NCBI GenBank assembly: GCA_963845755.1
Contig: CAWJTV010000011.1
Coordinates: forward strand, 576,001 to 640,000
Direction: 5' to 3'
DNA length: 64,000 nucleotides
Source of the DNA: an uncultured Planctomycetota bacterium
GTDB taxonomy: Bacteria > Planctomycetota > Planctomycetia > Isosphaerales > Isosphaeraceae
Shown one piece after another: positions 10,901-19,127 of this stretch (the stretch's first letter is position 1; every line of letters starts with the position of its first letter). The translations under genes and the position numbers were made by a program. The notes under the pieces are model-generated. The model was not told the origin of the DNA. It searched no databases and saw nothing but the letters and a program-made list of their open reading frames with translations.

Positions 10901-12164
10901 GCCTGGGTGCAGTGGCTGAAGGACGTAGTGACCCAGCAGGGCTTTACCCGGGAAGCCGCCACCTACGAACGGCAGCACGCCTACACGCGGTTTACCCAGG
11001 GCGATCCGCAGGGCGCGGTAGAGCAGCTCCAGGCCCTCATCGAGCGCCTCCGCCACACCACGGAGTTCGATCCCGCGTTTCAACTGGCCTTGGCGATTGG
11101 GGACTTGGGCAGGATCTTGTACCTCAGCGGTGCTCCGACCCAGGCGATCCGCATCCTGCGGGAATCCATCGGGCTCTGGGAGGCTCTGGTAGAGAAAACC
11201 GGTGGCCAGCCCTGGGAGACGCTGTTGTCCATGCCGGACCACGCCAAGGCCGCGGCCGAACTGGGGAACCTCTCCGCCACGATGGGCGATTTGGCCAATG
11301 CCCTGAGGGAAGCTGGTCAATACGACGAGGCCCTGGTCGTGGCGGAGAAGGTTCTGGGGATTCAACAAACTCTGGGCAACCAGCGCGAAGTCGCGACCGG
11401 CCACATCCAGTGCGCCCAGATCCTCATGGCGGCGGGCCGCTACGACGAGGCCGATGCCCGCTACGACCTGGCCCTGGCCGCCGCACGCCAGGCCGGGGAC
11501 AAGGAACAGGAGGGAACGACCCTCCAGCATCAGGGTTTCCTCGCCGACAACCGCAATCAACTCGGCCGCGCCATTCGACTTTACCAGCAGGCGCTCCGGC
11601 TCTTTCAGGAGGCGGGCGATCAGGGCTCGATGATGCGGACCTACAACCTCTTCGGCGAGGTCGAACGGAAGGCGGGCCGCCTGGCCGAGGCGCGGGCCTG
11701 GTACGAGAAGTCCCGCGAGCTGGCCGGGCAGTTGAAGGATCAGGTCGGCCTTGGCCAGGCCGCCCAGAACCTCGGCATCGTCTGTCAGATCGAAGGCGAT
11801 GCCGCCCGCGAGCGGGGCGACGAGCCGGCGGCCCGGCGGCACTACGAGGCCGCCCGCCAATCCGTGGAGGAAAGCTTGCGAATCAGGCAATCCCTCGGCA
11901 ACAAGCCCGATGAAGCCGGCTCGTTGAGTCAGCTCGCCCGCATCCACCTGCGCCTCGGCGACCTCGCCGCCGCCGCGCACCACGCCCACGCAGCCCGCCA
12001 GATCCGCGAATCCCTCGGCCTCCTGGATGTCTGGAGGAACTACGACACCCTCTCCGAGATCGCCCAGGCCCGCGGTGATGCAGCCGCCGCTAGCGAGTCG
12101 GCGCAGAACGCGCGATGCCGTGCTCGCAGAAGCCAAACGCCGCGCCCACGGTCTGGCCAAGTAG
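7999..12164 (+). CDS. NLR-like protein: CHAT caspase-like protease - TIR - STAND (NB-ARC-like) NTPase - TPR repeats; frameshifted
   Basis: CHAT: LLRLPWELM, VHFDGHG (His), VVLEAC (Cys). TIR about 9169-9550: FDIFLSHNHND..LRVWLDKW..SRWVRWEI..RLIPV. Walker A AMGGMGKT, Walker B LMVWDNFE, LLVTCR, LAHHPHSLEL; TPRs from about 10800. Shift near 10305; probable end ...RRAHGLAK* at TAG 12162-12164 (the ORF track reads on to 12361). Confidence 0.88.
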
Positions 12165-12224
12165 GGTGCTCTGCGAGCACCGAATCCCCGTGTCAAAACG
12201 ATTGGTGCTCACAGAGCACCCTAC
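12161..12224. repeat. GTAG-type REP doublet
   Basis: gtagggtgctctgcgagcacc ... ggtgctcacagagcaccctac; same family at 37696, 44627 and 63350. Confidence 0.85.
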
Positions 12225-12472
12225 AAACCGGCTTCGGCGATGGCTCGTTCCCCGCGTTCGCCGTCGGCCAACTCCCGCCGATCCCCCACGGCCTGCCGGC
12301 CGAGCTTCGCCAGTGGCTGGAGGAGTTGACGCAACCCATCCGAGACGCGCCGCGGGGATGAGGGCGCGAAGGCAAGCCGATTGTTGGGTGCGGGTCGCTT
12401 CACCGGCAAAATCGGCAATGATCGCAATAACGGCAAAGACGGCAGACCTTGCCACAATGAGGCTCGTCCGCT

Positions 12473-12785
12473 CCATAGATACTCAGTTTCTCCGTAGATG
12501 CTCACCTCCCCGAGTGAGTATCTACGGCGTTTGGTGAGTATCTACGGGGCCCGGTCAACACACATGACCACCCCCACGGCCCGTCGAGCCGGTCCGGACG
12601 GGGACGGCTCCGTTCCCATAGAGGCTCACCTCTCTTCATAGGGGCTCACTCTCTGAAGGTGAGCCCCTTCGGCGGTTGGTGAGCCTCTACGGTCGAGCCG
12701 GTCCGGACGGGGACGGACGGCTCCGGTCCCATGCAGGCTCACTTTGTCTATGGAGGCTCACGCGCGCAGGCTGAGCCTCCATGGG
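12473..12785. repeat. Array of three nested-palindrome units built from a 14-bp motif (about CCATAGAGGCTCAC and its reverse complement)
   Basis: Forward copies at 12473, 12492, 12616, 12636, 12729, 12748; reverse copies at 12514, 12534, 12659, 12679, 12771. The linker gtcgagccggtccggacggggacgg occurs twice (about 12583 and 12692). Confidence 0.85.
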
Positions 12786-13127
12786 GATGCCGGTGGAGAG
12801 GACCGAAAGAAACGACCAGGACCGCGGCCTGCTCCGCAATTCCTGACCATGGACCATCGACGACTCTTCCTTCCGGCACGCGATGGTCGAAAAAGATGCC
12901 AAAAAGTGCCACCCTGCCGAGCCGGTTGGCCGCCCGAAGTCTCGGGAGCAACTGTTGTTGCTTCAAGACCATCGCCTCGGCCCCGCGTGGCACGGCACTC
13001 GGGTGTGAGGCGTCAGGAGATGGCGGACACGTCGGGAGAGTCCGGCGGGAAAGACTGACCTATAAGTGGACTTCCCCGGTACACTGAGTTGACTTCAACG
13101 CGATGTCATCCTCCCAGGGTTCTCACG

Positions 13128-13908
13128 ATGAACACAACCCCCACGACCCCATGGAATACCAGCCTCTACGACGACAAGCATTCGTTCGTCTGGAAGCATG
13201 GGGCCGCGCTGCTCGATCTTCTGGTACCAAAGCCGGGCGAGCGGATCATCGACCTCGGCTGCGGCACGGGTCATCTGACGACCAAGATTGCGGAGGCCGG
13301 GGCCGAGGTCGTCGGCATCGATTCCTCATCCGAGATGGTCGCAGAGGCGCGGAGCCTCTATCCCAACATTCGTTTCGAAATCGCCGATGCCCGCGACTTC
13401 GCGTTCGCTGAGCCGTTCGACGGGGTGTTCTCCAACGCCGTGCTCCACTGGGTCAAGGAGCCCGAGAAGGCCATCGCCTGCGTGCAAGAAGCCCTGAAGC
13501 CGGGCGGTCGGTTCGTGGCGGAGTTCGGCGGGCGGGGAAATGTCAAAGCGATCGTCTCAGCCCTCGATGCGGCATCCCGCGCGATCGGCCTCGGAGCCTG
13601 GGAACATCCCTGGTACTACCCCGGCGTCGGCGAGTATGCTCCGCTGCTCGAACGTGCGTGGGCTGGAGGTGACCCACGCGTTCCTCTTCGACCGCCCGAC
13701 TCCTCTGGAAGGCGAACAGGGCCTGCGAGACTGGGTCAAGATGTTCTGCGGCAGCCTCCTGGGCCGCGTACCGCCTGCCGATCATGAGGGCTTCTTCCGG
13801 AATGTCGAAGAGGTCGCCCGGCCGACGCTCTATCGCGACAGTGGGTGGTTTGCCGATTACCGACGCCTGCGTATCGTGGCACGCAGGACCGACGATCTCG
13901 AGACCTGA
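13128..13908 (+). CDS. Class I SAM-dependent methyltransferase (trans-aconitate methyltransferase-like); frameshift near 13658
   Basis: IIDLGCGTGHL, VVGIDSS, FDGVFSNAVLHWV, LKPGGRFVAEFGG; continues FDRPTPLEG...WFADYRRLRIVA in another frame. Confidence 0.9.
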
Positions 13909-13929
13909 TCCAGACAAAGGAGGCAGTGG

Positions 13930-14482
13930 ATGAAACGCAGCTTTGCCATGCTGGTCCTGCTGACCGGCTTTACGGTGGCGGCTTTCTCGGCGATGGAAAC
14001 GGATCCCCCGGCGCCGAGCGCCGATCGGGTCGGCTTCCCGAAAGACTACCGCGAGAAGTTCACGGTGCTCCGCCGCGTCAACCGGCCCGAAAAGAAGCAG
14101 GTCGTCACCGTCTATGGGAACGAGCCCGCCGCGTCGATCAAGCGTCCCGCGGACTTGCCCTATCCCTATGGCTCGATCCTCGTCATGGAGACGGCCGGTG
14201 CCAGGAAGGATGCCGAAGACAAGACTCTACTCGATGGCGAGGGCTATTATCGCAAAGACCAGGTCGTCGGCCTCCATGTCATGAGGCGAGAGAACGGATT
14301 CGGCGAAGCCTACGGCAAGAATCGGACCGGTGAGTGGGAGTACGTGGAATACCGGGCCGATCAGACCTACATCACCCCGCCCCAGAAGTCCTTCGCGTGC
14401 GGCAGAGTGCCACCTCAAGGCGGGGCGAGAGCGCGACTTCGTCTACCGGGGAAGGCTTCCGGCCGCCGCAGGGGAGAAATGA
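13930..14482 (+). CDS. Cytochrome P460 / c'-beta family protein, secreted; frameshift in the heme motif
   Basis: Signal peptide; FPKDYR, VYGN, YPYGSILVME, VMRRENGFG, GEWEY. Removing one base at about 14402 restores CAECH...DFVY with stop at 14480-14482. Confidence 0.8.
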
Positions 14483-14493
14483 GGTCCCTGAGC

Positions 14494-14883
14494 ATGGAAC
14501 CGATTCAGATCCTAGGCTTACTCCTGATGGCCTTGTGCCTTTTCCTGGCCTTCTGGGTCCCCGCGGAGTTCCTGCGCAAAGCGGGATTCTCCCGATGGAT
14601 CGCCTTGATCATCCCGTTGACCGGATTCGTCGGACTGGCCATCTTCGCGTTCATCGAATGGCCGGTTGAGCGCGAGCTGGCCTGGCTGCGCTGGAAGTCG
14701 GGTGAGCTGACGGCCGATACCCTCCCATCGATCGAACGATACGCTGTCGAACTCGAGCGGCGCGGCGAATGGAAGAAGGCCGCCGAGATCTACATGGAGC
14801 TGGCACAGAGGGTACCTGCTGATGAGAACGGTGAGTATTACCAGAACTGCGTGAAGCGCCTGAAGGAGCACCTGGACGTGTAG
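14494..14883 (+). CDS. Small membrane protein (2-3 TM helices) with TPR-like tail
   Basis: MEPIQILGLLLMALCLFLAFW...KAGFSRWIALIIP...AFIEWP; tail ELERRGEWKKAAEIY. Confidence 0.7.
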   Translation: MEPIQILGLLLMALCLFLAFWVPAEFLRKAGFSRWIALIIPLTGFVGLAIFAFIEWPVERELAWLRWKSGELTADTLPSIERYAVELERRGEWKKAAEIYMELAQRVPADENGEYYQNCVKRLKEHLDV

Positions 14884-14923
14884 CCGGGGGTCCTGGGCGA
14901 GCGTGCCCCGTGAGGGACCTGTC

Positions 14924-15712
14924 ATGTCAATCGACACCTACGCGGCCGGGACGTGTCTGATCGTGGCAAGCGCCGTGATTGCCGTCCTTGGCCTGATCGC
15001 GGTCCGGAGGACCTATAACGTCCGGAACCTGGCCACGATCCACGAGGTGAGCGGGCAATTCCTGTCGATCGTCGGGACCCTGTATGCGGTCCTCCTCGGC
15101 CTGATCGTCGTGGAAGCCATGTCCCGATTCCAGCAGGCCAGCACCCTGGTTGGAGACGAATCGAATGACCTCGCCGAGGTGATCTACCTGGCCGGCGGAA
15201 TGCCGAGCGCTCAAAAAACGGCGATCTACGAACGGGCCACGGCCTATGCGCATCTCGTCATCGATCAGGAGTGGCCCCTGATGGCCCGCGGCCGGCCCCT
15301 GCTGGAAGCCCGGCAGGCCGTGCTCGATCTCATGCAGATCGTGCGCGACTGGGAACCGGCGACCGAGCGTGAGAAGGCCATCTACGCCGAAGCCCTACCG
15401 ACCGTCTCGGACCTGTGGAACACCCGGCGACAGCGGATCATCGCCAGCCAGCACGGCATCCCGGCGCTGGAGTGGTGCGCCGTCATCCTGGGCGGCATTA
15501 TCACCGTGGGACTCACGTACCTCTTCGTCCTCGACAATCTCAGGCTCCAGATCGCCCTCACGGCGATGGTCGCCCTGCTGATCGCGCTGAATATCTTCCT
15601 CCTCCTGATGTTCGGCTATCCGTTCTCCGGCGACCTGTGCGTCAGCCCCGACAGCTTTCGCGTGGCCTTGTTGGCCTTGCCCCAAAATCAGTCCATCCCC
15701 GGGTCGCGGTGA
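14924..15712 (+). CDS. DUF4239-like membrane protein
   Basis: GTLYAVLLGLIVVEAM, Y..LVIDQEWPLM, RRQR, YPFSGDLCVSPDSF; four TM helices. Confidence 0.8.
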   Translation: MSIDTYAAGTCLIVASAVIAVLGLIAVRRTYNVRNLATIHEVSGQFLSIVGTLYAVLLGLIVVEAMSRFQQASTLVGDESNDLAEVIYLAGGMPSAQKTAIYERATAYAHLVIDQEWPLMARGRPLLEARQAVLDLMQIVRDWEPATEREKAIYAEALPTVSDLWNTRRQRIIASQHGIPALEWCAVILGGIITVGLTYLFVLDNLRLQIALTAMVALLIALNIFLLLMFGYPFSGDLCVSPDSFRVALLALPQNQSIPGSR

Positions 15713-15716
15713 GTCG

Positions 15717-15968
15717 ATGGCCGACATCCAGAGCCCCCGGCTTCTTTACATCAAGGGCGCCTTGTTCCTCGGCCTGGGCGTCCTGGCATCGACGATCCTG
15801 CTCATCGAACACCCGCGCGTGAAGACCGCCGCGCTGCTGGCGCTGGCCGTCTGGGCGTTCGCGCGGGCCTATTACTTCGCCTTCTACGTCATCGAGCATT
15901 ACATCGATCCTCATTACAAATATGCGGGACTCCTGTCGTTCTTGCGATATGCGATCCGGCGGAAGTAG
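15717..15968 (+). CDS. Small hypothetical membrane protein
   Basis: 83 aa, two hydrophobic helices, ARAYYFAFYVIEHYIDP.YKYAGL; follows the previous gene after 4 bp. Confidence 0.7.
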   Translation: MADIQSPRLLYIKGALFLGLGVLASTILLIEHPRVKTAALLALAVWAFARAYYFAFYVIEHYIDPHYKYAGLLSFLRYAIRRK

Positions 15969-16229
15969 ACGTTCGTCCTCGAATTTCAGGAGCCGCCGCC
16001 ATATAATGAGGAAGGACCGAATCCCCATGGGAGGGGACGAGGACCGACTCATTCACCGCGCGGAGTGGCCATCGCGGATGAGATTGGCGCGCGGCAAGGC
16101 GGCACCCAGAACGGCCTTGATGATTTGCCTGATTCTGGGTCGCATGTCGCCCTGATCTGAAGTCATTATCCAGGGACCGAACGGGCCTGGTTTGAACCGA
16201 TTCACCCGATTTGAAGCTGGGAGATTGTC

Positions 16230-16544
16230 ATGGTCGACCTGATCAAGAAGGCGTTTTACACGGGCCTGGGCCTGGCGGTGTTAACCAAGGAGAAGGCCGA
16301 GGAGCTGGTCAAGGACCTCGCCGAGCAGGCCAAGCTCTCGGAACACGAGGGCAAGGACCTGGTCGAGAACATGATGAGGCAGTCCGATCAGGCGCGGAAT
16401 GATTTCCAGGCGAAGATCGATGAAAGCGTGCAGGCGGTCGTCAAACGGCTCAACCTGGCGTCCAAGGACGAGGTGGCCAGCCTCAAGGCCAAGATCGACG
16501 AGCTGTCAGCCAAGCTCGGGCAAGGGCAGGGGACCGGATCGTAG
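16230..16544 (+). CDS. Phasin-like / polyhydroxyalkanoate granule-associated protein
   Basis: MVDLIKKAFYTGLGLAVLTKEKAEELVKDL...LNLASKDEVASLKAKIDEL; GGAG ribosome-binding site upstream. Confidence 0.8.
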   Translation: MVDLIKKAFYTGLGLAVLTKEKAEELVKDLAEQAKLSEHEGKDLVENMMRQSDQARNDFQAKIDESVQAVVKRLNLASKDEVASLKAKIDELSAKLGQGQGTGS

Positions 16545-16749
16545 TACCCAGGCGCATCTCGCCCTTCAGGGCCTCCAGCTCGGCGCGGAGGGCGGCATGC
16601 CCGGATTCGGGAACCTCGTCGAGATAATCCTCGATCGCCGGCCGCTTCCCGGTTCGCCAGTCAGCCTCGAAGCGGCGACAGACGGCGTCGATGCGTCGCG
16701 CCAGGTCAAGGTCCAGACGATCGAGACGGGAATCTGTCGGGTTGTTCAT
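16545..16749 (-). pseudogene. N-terminal remnant of an ECF-associated Ser/Thr kinase
   Basis: MNNPTD...LARRIDAVCRRFEADWRTGKRPAIEDYLDEVP...LRAELEAL is the typical pre-kinase segment; no kinase domain follows. Confidence 0.65.
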
Positions 16750-16856
16750 CGGATAGTCCGTTATTGGCAAGCTGGCGCGATCATCGCAACCGGACGGTGC
16801 TCGCAGAACACCCGCCGACGGCAAGATGTCCGCTCCGACGGAAACGGTGACAGGAA

Positions 16857-17135
16857 TCAGTCCGAATCGGTGTCGAGGATGCGGCGGATCAGCGCCAGTT
16901 GCCGCGCCACGGTGCGGCGGGCGCAGCCGAGCTGATCGGCGATGGCGTCGGTCGTGAACCCCTCCATGTGCAGGATGGCGACCCGGCGAAGGACATCGTC
17001 GTCCAGGCGGTCGAGGAGCCGCCGATATTCCTCGGCCACCATGGCGGCGAACTCGGGAGTCGGCTCGGAGCTGACGGCCTGAGCAGGAGGTCGTCGTCAT
17101 CGCCCTCGTGAGGATCGGTGAATTCGGAGGCGGCC
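16857..17135 (-). pseudogene. C-terminal remnant of an ECF-type sigma factor
   Basis: SSEPTPEFAAMVAEEYRRLLDRLDDDVLRRVAILHMEGFTTDAIADQLGCARRTVARQLALIR (region 4); no region 2 upstream. Confidence 0.75.
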
Positions 17136-17334
17136 CGGCTCGATGGCCGGTCCGCTGAGTGCGAGAAGATGTTCAACGCAGTCGTCTCCTGACTCAGCCC
17201 GGATGCCGGACCGGAGGTCTCCTTCCCCTCGCCGCCCACCATATTCCCCTCATGGGCCAGGACCTCAAGTGGTGAGTGACGAGCGAGACACGACCGATCG
17301 TTTCCTTTTCTCGCGAAGGGCTGCTGCAAGTCCC

Positions 17335-17432
17335 TATCCACTAAATTTATAGTTCAAAGATTATTGGGATCAGGATTATCAGGGACTGGCATTGCGCAGT
17401 CTTATCTGGTAGATTAACCCTTCAAGAATTGT
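17335..17432. promoter_or_regulatory. AT-rich intergenic patch, probable promoter region
   Basis: ctaaatttatagttcaaagattatt...agattaacccttcaagaatt within a GC-rich background. Confidence 0.3.
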
Positions 17433-17724
17433 CAGAGCCACCTCGAACGTCCCTGGTTGTCGTGCCGTCCTATCTGTCGCGTGGGGCGTCCCGAGGTTGT
17501 CGGATCACATCCGATAGTCGCCCGGCCCGACGTTGCGCAATCCTGTCGTCTGCATCGATCATTCGAAAAGGTGAAGTCGCCTCGGCAGTGGCGAGGAATC
17601 GACCTCGCCAGGATGTCATCATGTCTGACTAATTCATGGCCCGGGTTCTCGCGGGACGGCGGATTCCCGAAGGAACCAGGCGACGAACCCCGGACCGCGC
17701 CTGTCCCGAAGGAGGGGGTTCTCC

Positions 17725-19020
17725 ATGTACGCCTATTTGCGGGTGGTCTCCGGCCCCGATCAGGGTCGCATTTTCAACCTGGTCGAGGGGACGTCGCTCT
17801 CGATTGGTCGTGGCGAGAAGACCGACACACGACTGACGGATAAGGCCGCCGCTCGGCTCCATTGCGAGCTGCGCTGCGCGGCGGGAGGGTTCCTGCTGGC
17901 CGACCTGGACAGCATCAACGGGACGCTCGTCGGCGGCCAGAAGATCCAGGAGCACGCCCTGAAGCACGGCGAGGAGTTCGAGATCGGCAATAACCGGATG
18001 AAGCTGTACACCTCGGTGATCGCCGATACCCAGAAATTGGAAGAGGCGGCGAAGTCGGCGTTCCATCCCGCCATCCGGACGGAGGAAACGGTACTCACCG
18101 GCCAGACGATCTCGCACTACGAGCTGGGGCCGCTGCTGGCCCGGGGCAGCACGGGCATGATCTACAAGGCCCGCGACACCCGAACTGGCAAGGAGGCCGC
18201 CTTCAAGATGCTCTATCGCGAGATCGCGCAGGACGAGGAGAACCTCAGGCGGTTCATGCAGGTCATGAAGACCACGGTCGGCCTGCACCACTCCAACCTG
18301 GTCGCCATCTGCGGCGCCGGAAAGCAGGGCGAGAGCTGCTGGTTCGCGATGGAGTATGTCGAGGGCGAACCACTCGTCAAGATCATCGAACGCCTGGGTA
18401 CGAAGAAGATGATTAGCTGGCGATACGTCCTATCGATGGGGATGCAGGTCGCCGGTGCCCTGGAGGCCCTCCACGAGAAGCATGTCATCCATCACAACGT
18501 GGCGCCCCAGAGCATCCTCATCCGCACCAAGGACAAGGTCCCCAAGCTCGGCGACATGATGCGGGCCAGGGTGATGAACGGAGTCGAGGTCAAGCCCGCG
18601 ACCCGTCCGGGCGAGCTGACGGGGAACGTGGCGTACCTGGCCCCCGAACGGACCCGCGGCGACGCGGAGGTGGACATCCGCTCGGACATCTACAGCCTGG
18701 GAGCAACCCTCTACACGCTCCTGGCCGGCAGGCCCCCGTTCGAGGGGAAGACCCTGGTCGAGACCGTGGCCAGGATTCGTCAGGAGGACCCGATCCCTCC
18801 CAAACGATTCCAGGACGCGATCCCCGACGAGTTCCAGGATGTCGTGGAGAAGATGCTGGCCAAGCGCCCCGAACTTCGCTACCCGACCCCCGCGGCGGTG
18901 GCTCGCGTGCTGGGGCACGTGGCGAAGGCACAAGCCACGGCCTCGGACCCGAACAAGTCGGCGTTCATCCGGCTCTCCAGCCAGCCCGGATCGACGGGAG
19001 GCGGACCCGTCGGCGGCTGA
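17725..19020 (+). CDS. FHA domain + Ser/Thr kinase-like protein (probable pseudokinase)
   Basis: FHA: SIGRG...ARLHC...DLDSINGT. Kinase fold: AFKML, FAMEYVEG, YLAPE, SDIYSLGATLY; but HHNVAPQS and GDMM replace HRDxKPxN and DFG. Confidence 0.88.
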   Translation: MYAYLRVVSGPDQGRIFNLVEGTSLSIGRGEKTDTRLTDKAAARLHCELRCAAGGFLLADLDSINGTLVGGQKIQEHALKHGEEFEIGNNRMKLYTSVIADTQKLEEAAKSAFHPAIRTEETVLTGQTISHYELGPLLARGSTGMIYKARDTRTGKEAAFKMLYREIAQDEENLRRFMQVMKTTVGLHHSNLVAICGAGKQGESCWFAMEYVEGEPLVKIIERLGTKKMISWRYVLSMGMQVAGALEALHEKHVIHHNVAPQSILIRTKDKVPKLGDMMRARVMNGVEVKPATRPGELTGNVAYLAPERTRGDAEVDIRSDIYSLGATLYTLLAGRPPFEGKTLVETVARIRQEDPIPPKRFQDAIPDEFQDVVEKMLAKRPELRYPTPAAVARVLGHVAKAQATASDPNKSAFIRLSSQPGSTGGGPVGG

Positions 19021-19127
19021 CGCGGATCGACGACGGACAGGCTCGAGCCTTTATCGCCCGAGTCTCCCGGTGTACGATACTGGGGATATCTTACATCTGT
19101 AGTCGTTGCGTTGGCCAGGATCAAGTT

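Noticed and set aside
10208..12196. Long antisense ORFs (also 113..1198, 36173..37813, 60823..62739 and many others)
   Set aside because: They are shadows of real genes in GC-rich DNA and show no recognisable motifs.
12473..12785. CRISPR array
   Set aside because: Repeats are about 14 bp, occur in both orientations, lack unique spacers of regular length, and no cas genes are present.
13930..14883. 317-aa cytochrome-membrane protein fusion in the ORF track
   Set aside because: Caused by one extra base in the CxxCH codons; correcting it gives two separate genes.
15990..16150. TATAAT at 16002 and a hairpin at about 16100-16143 as promoter or small RNA
   Set aside because: No matching -35 element and no recognisable RNA family; support is too weak.
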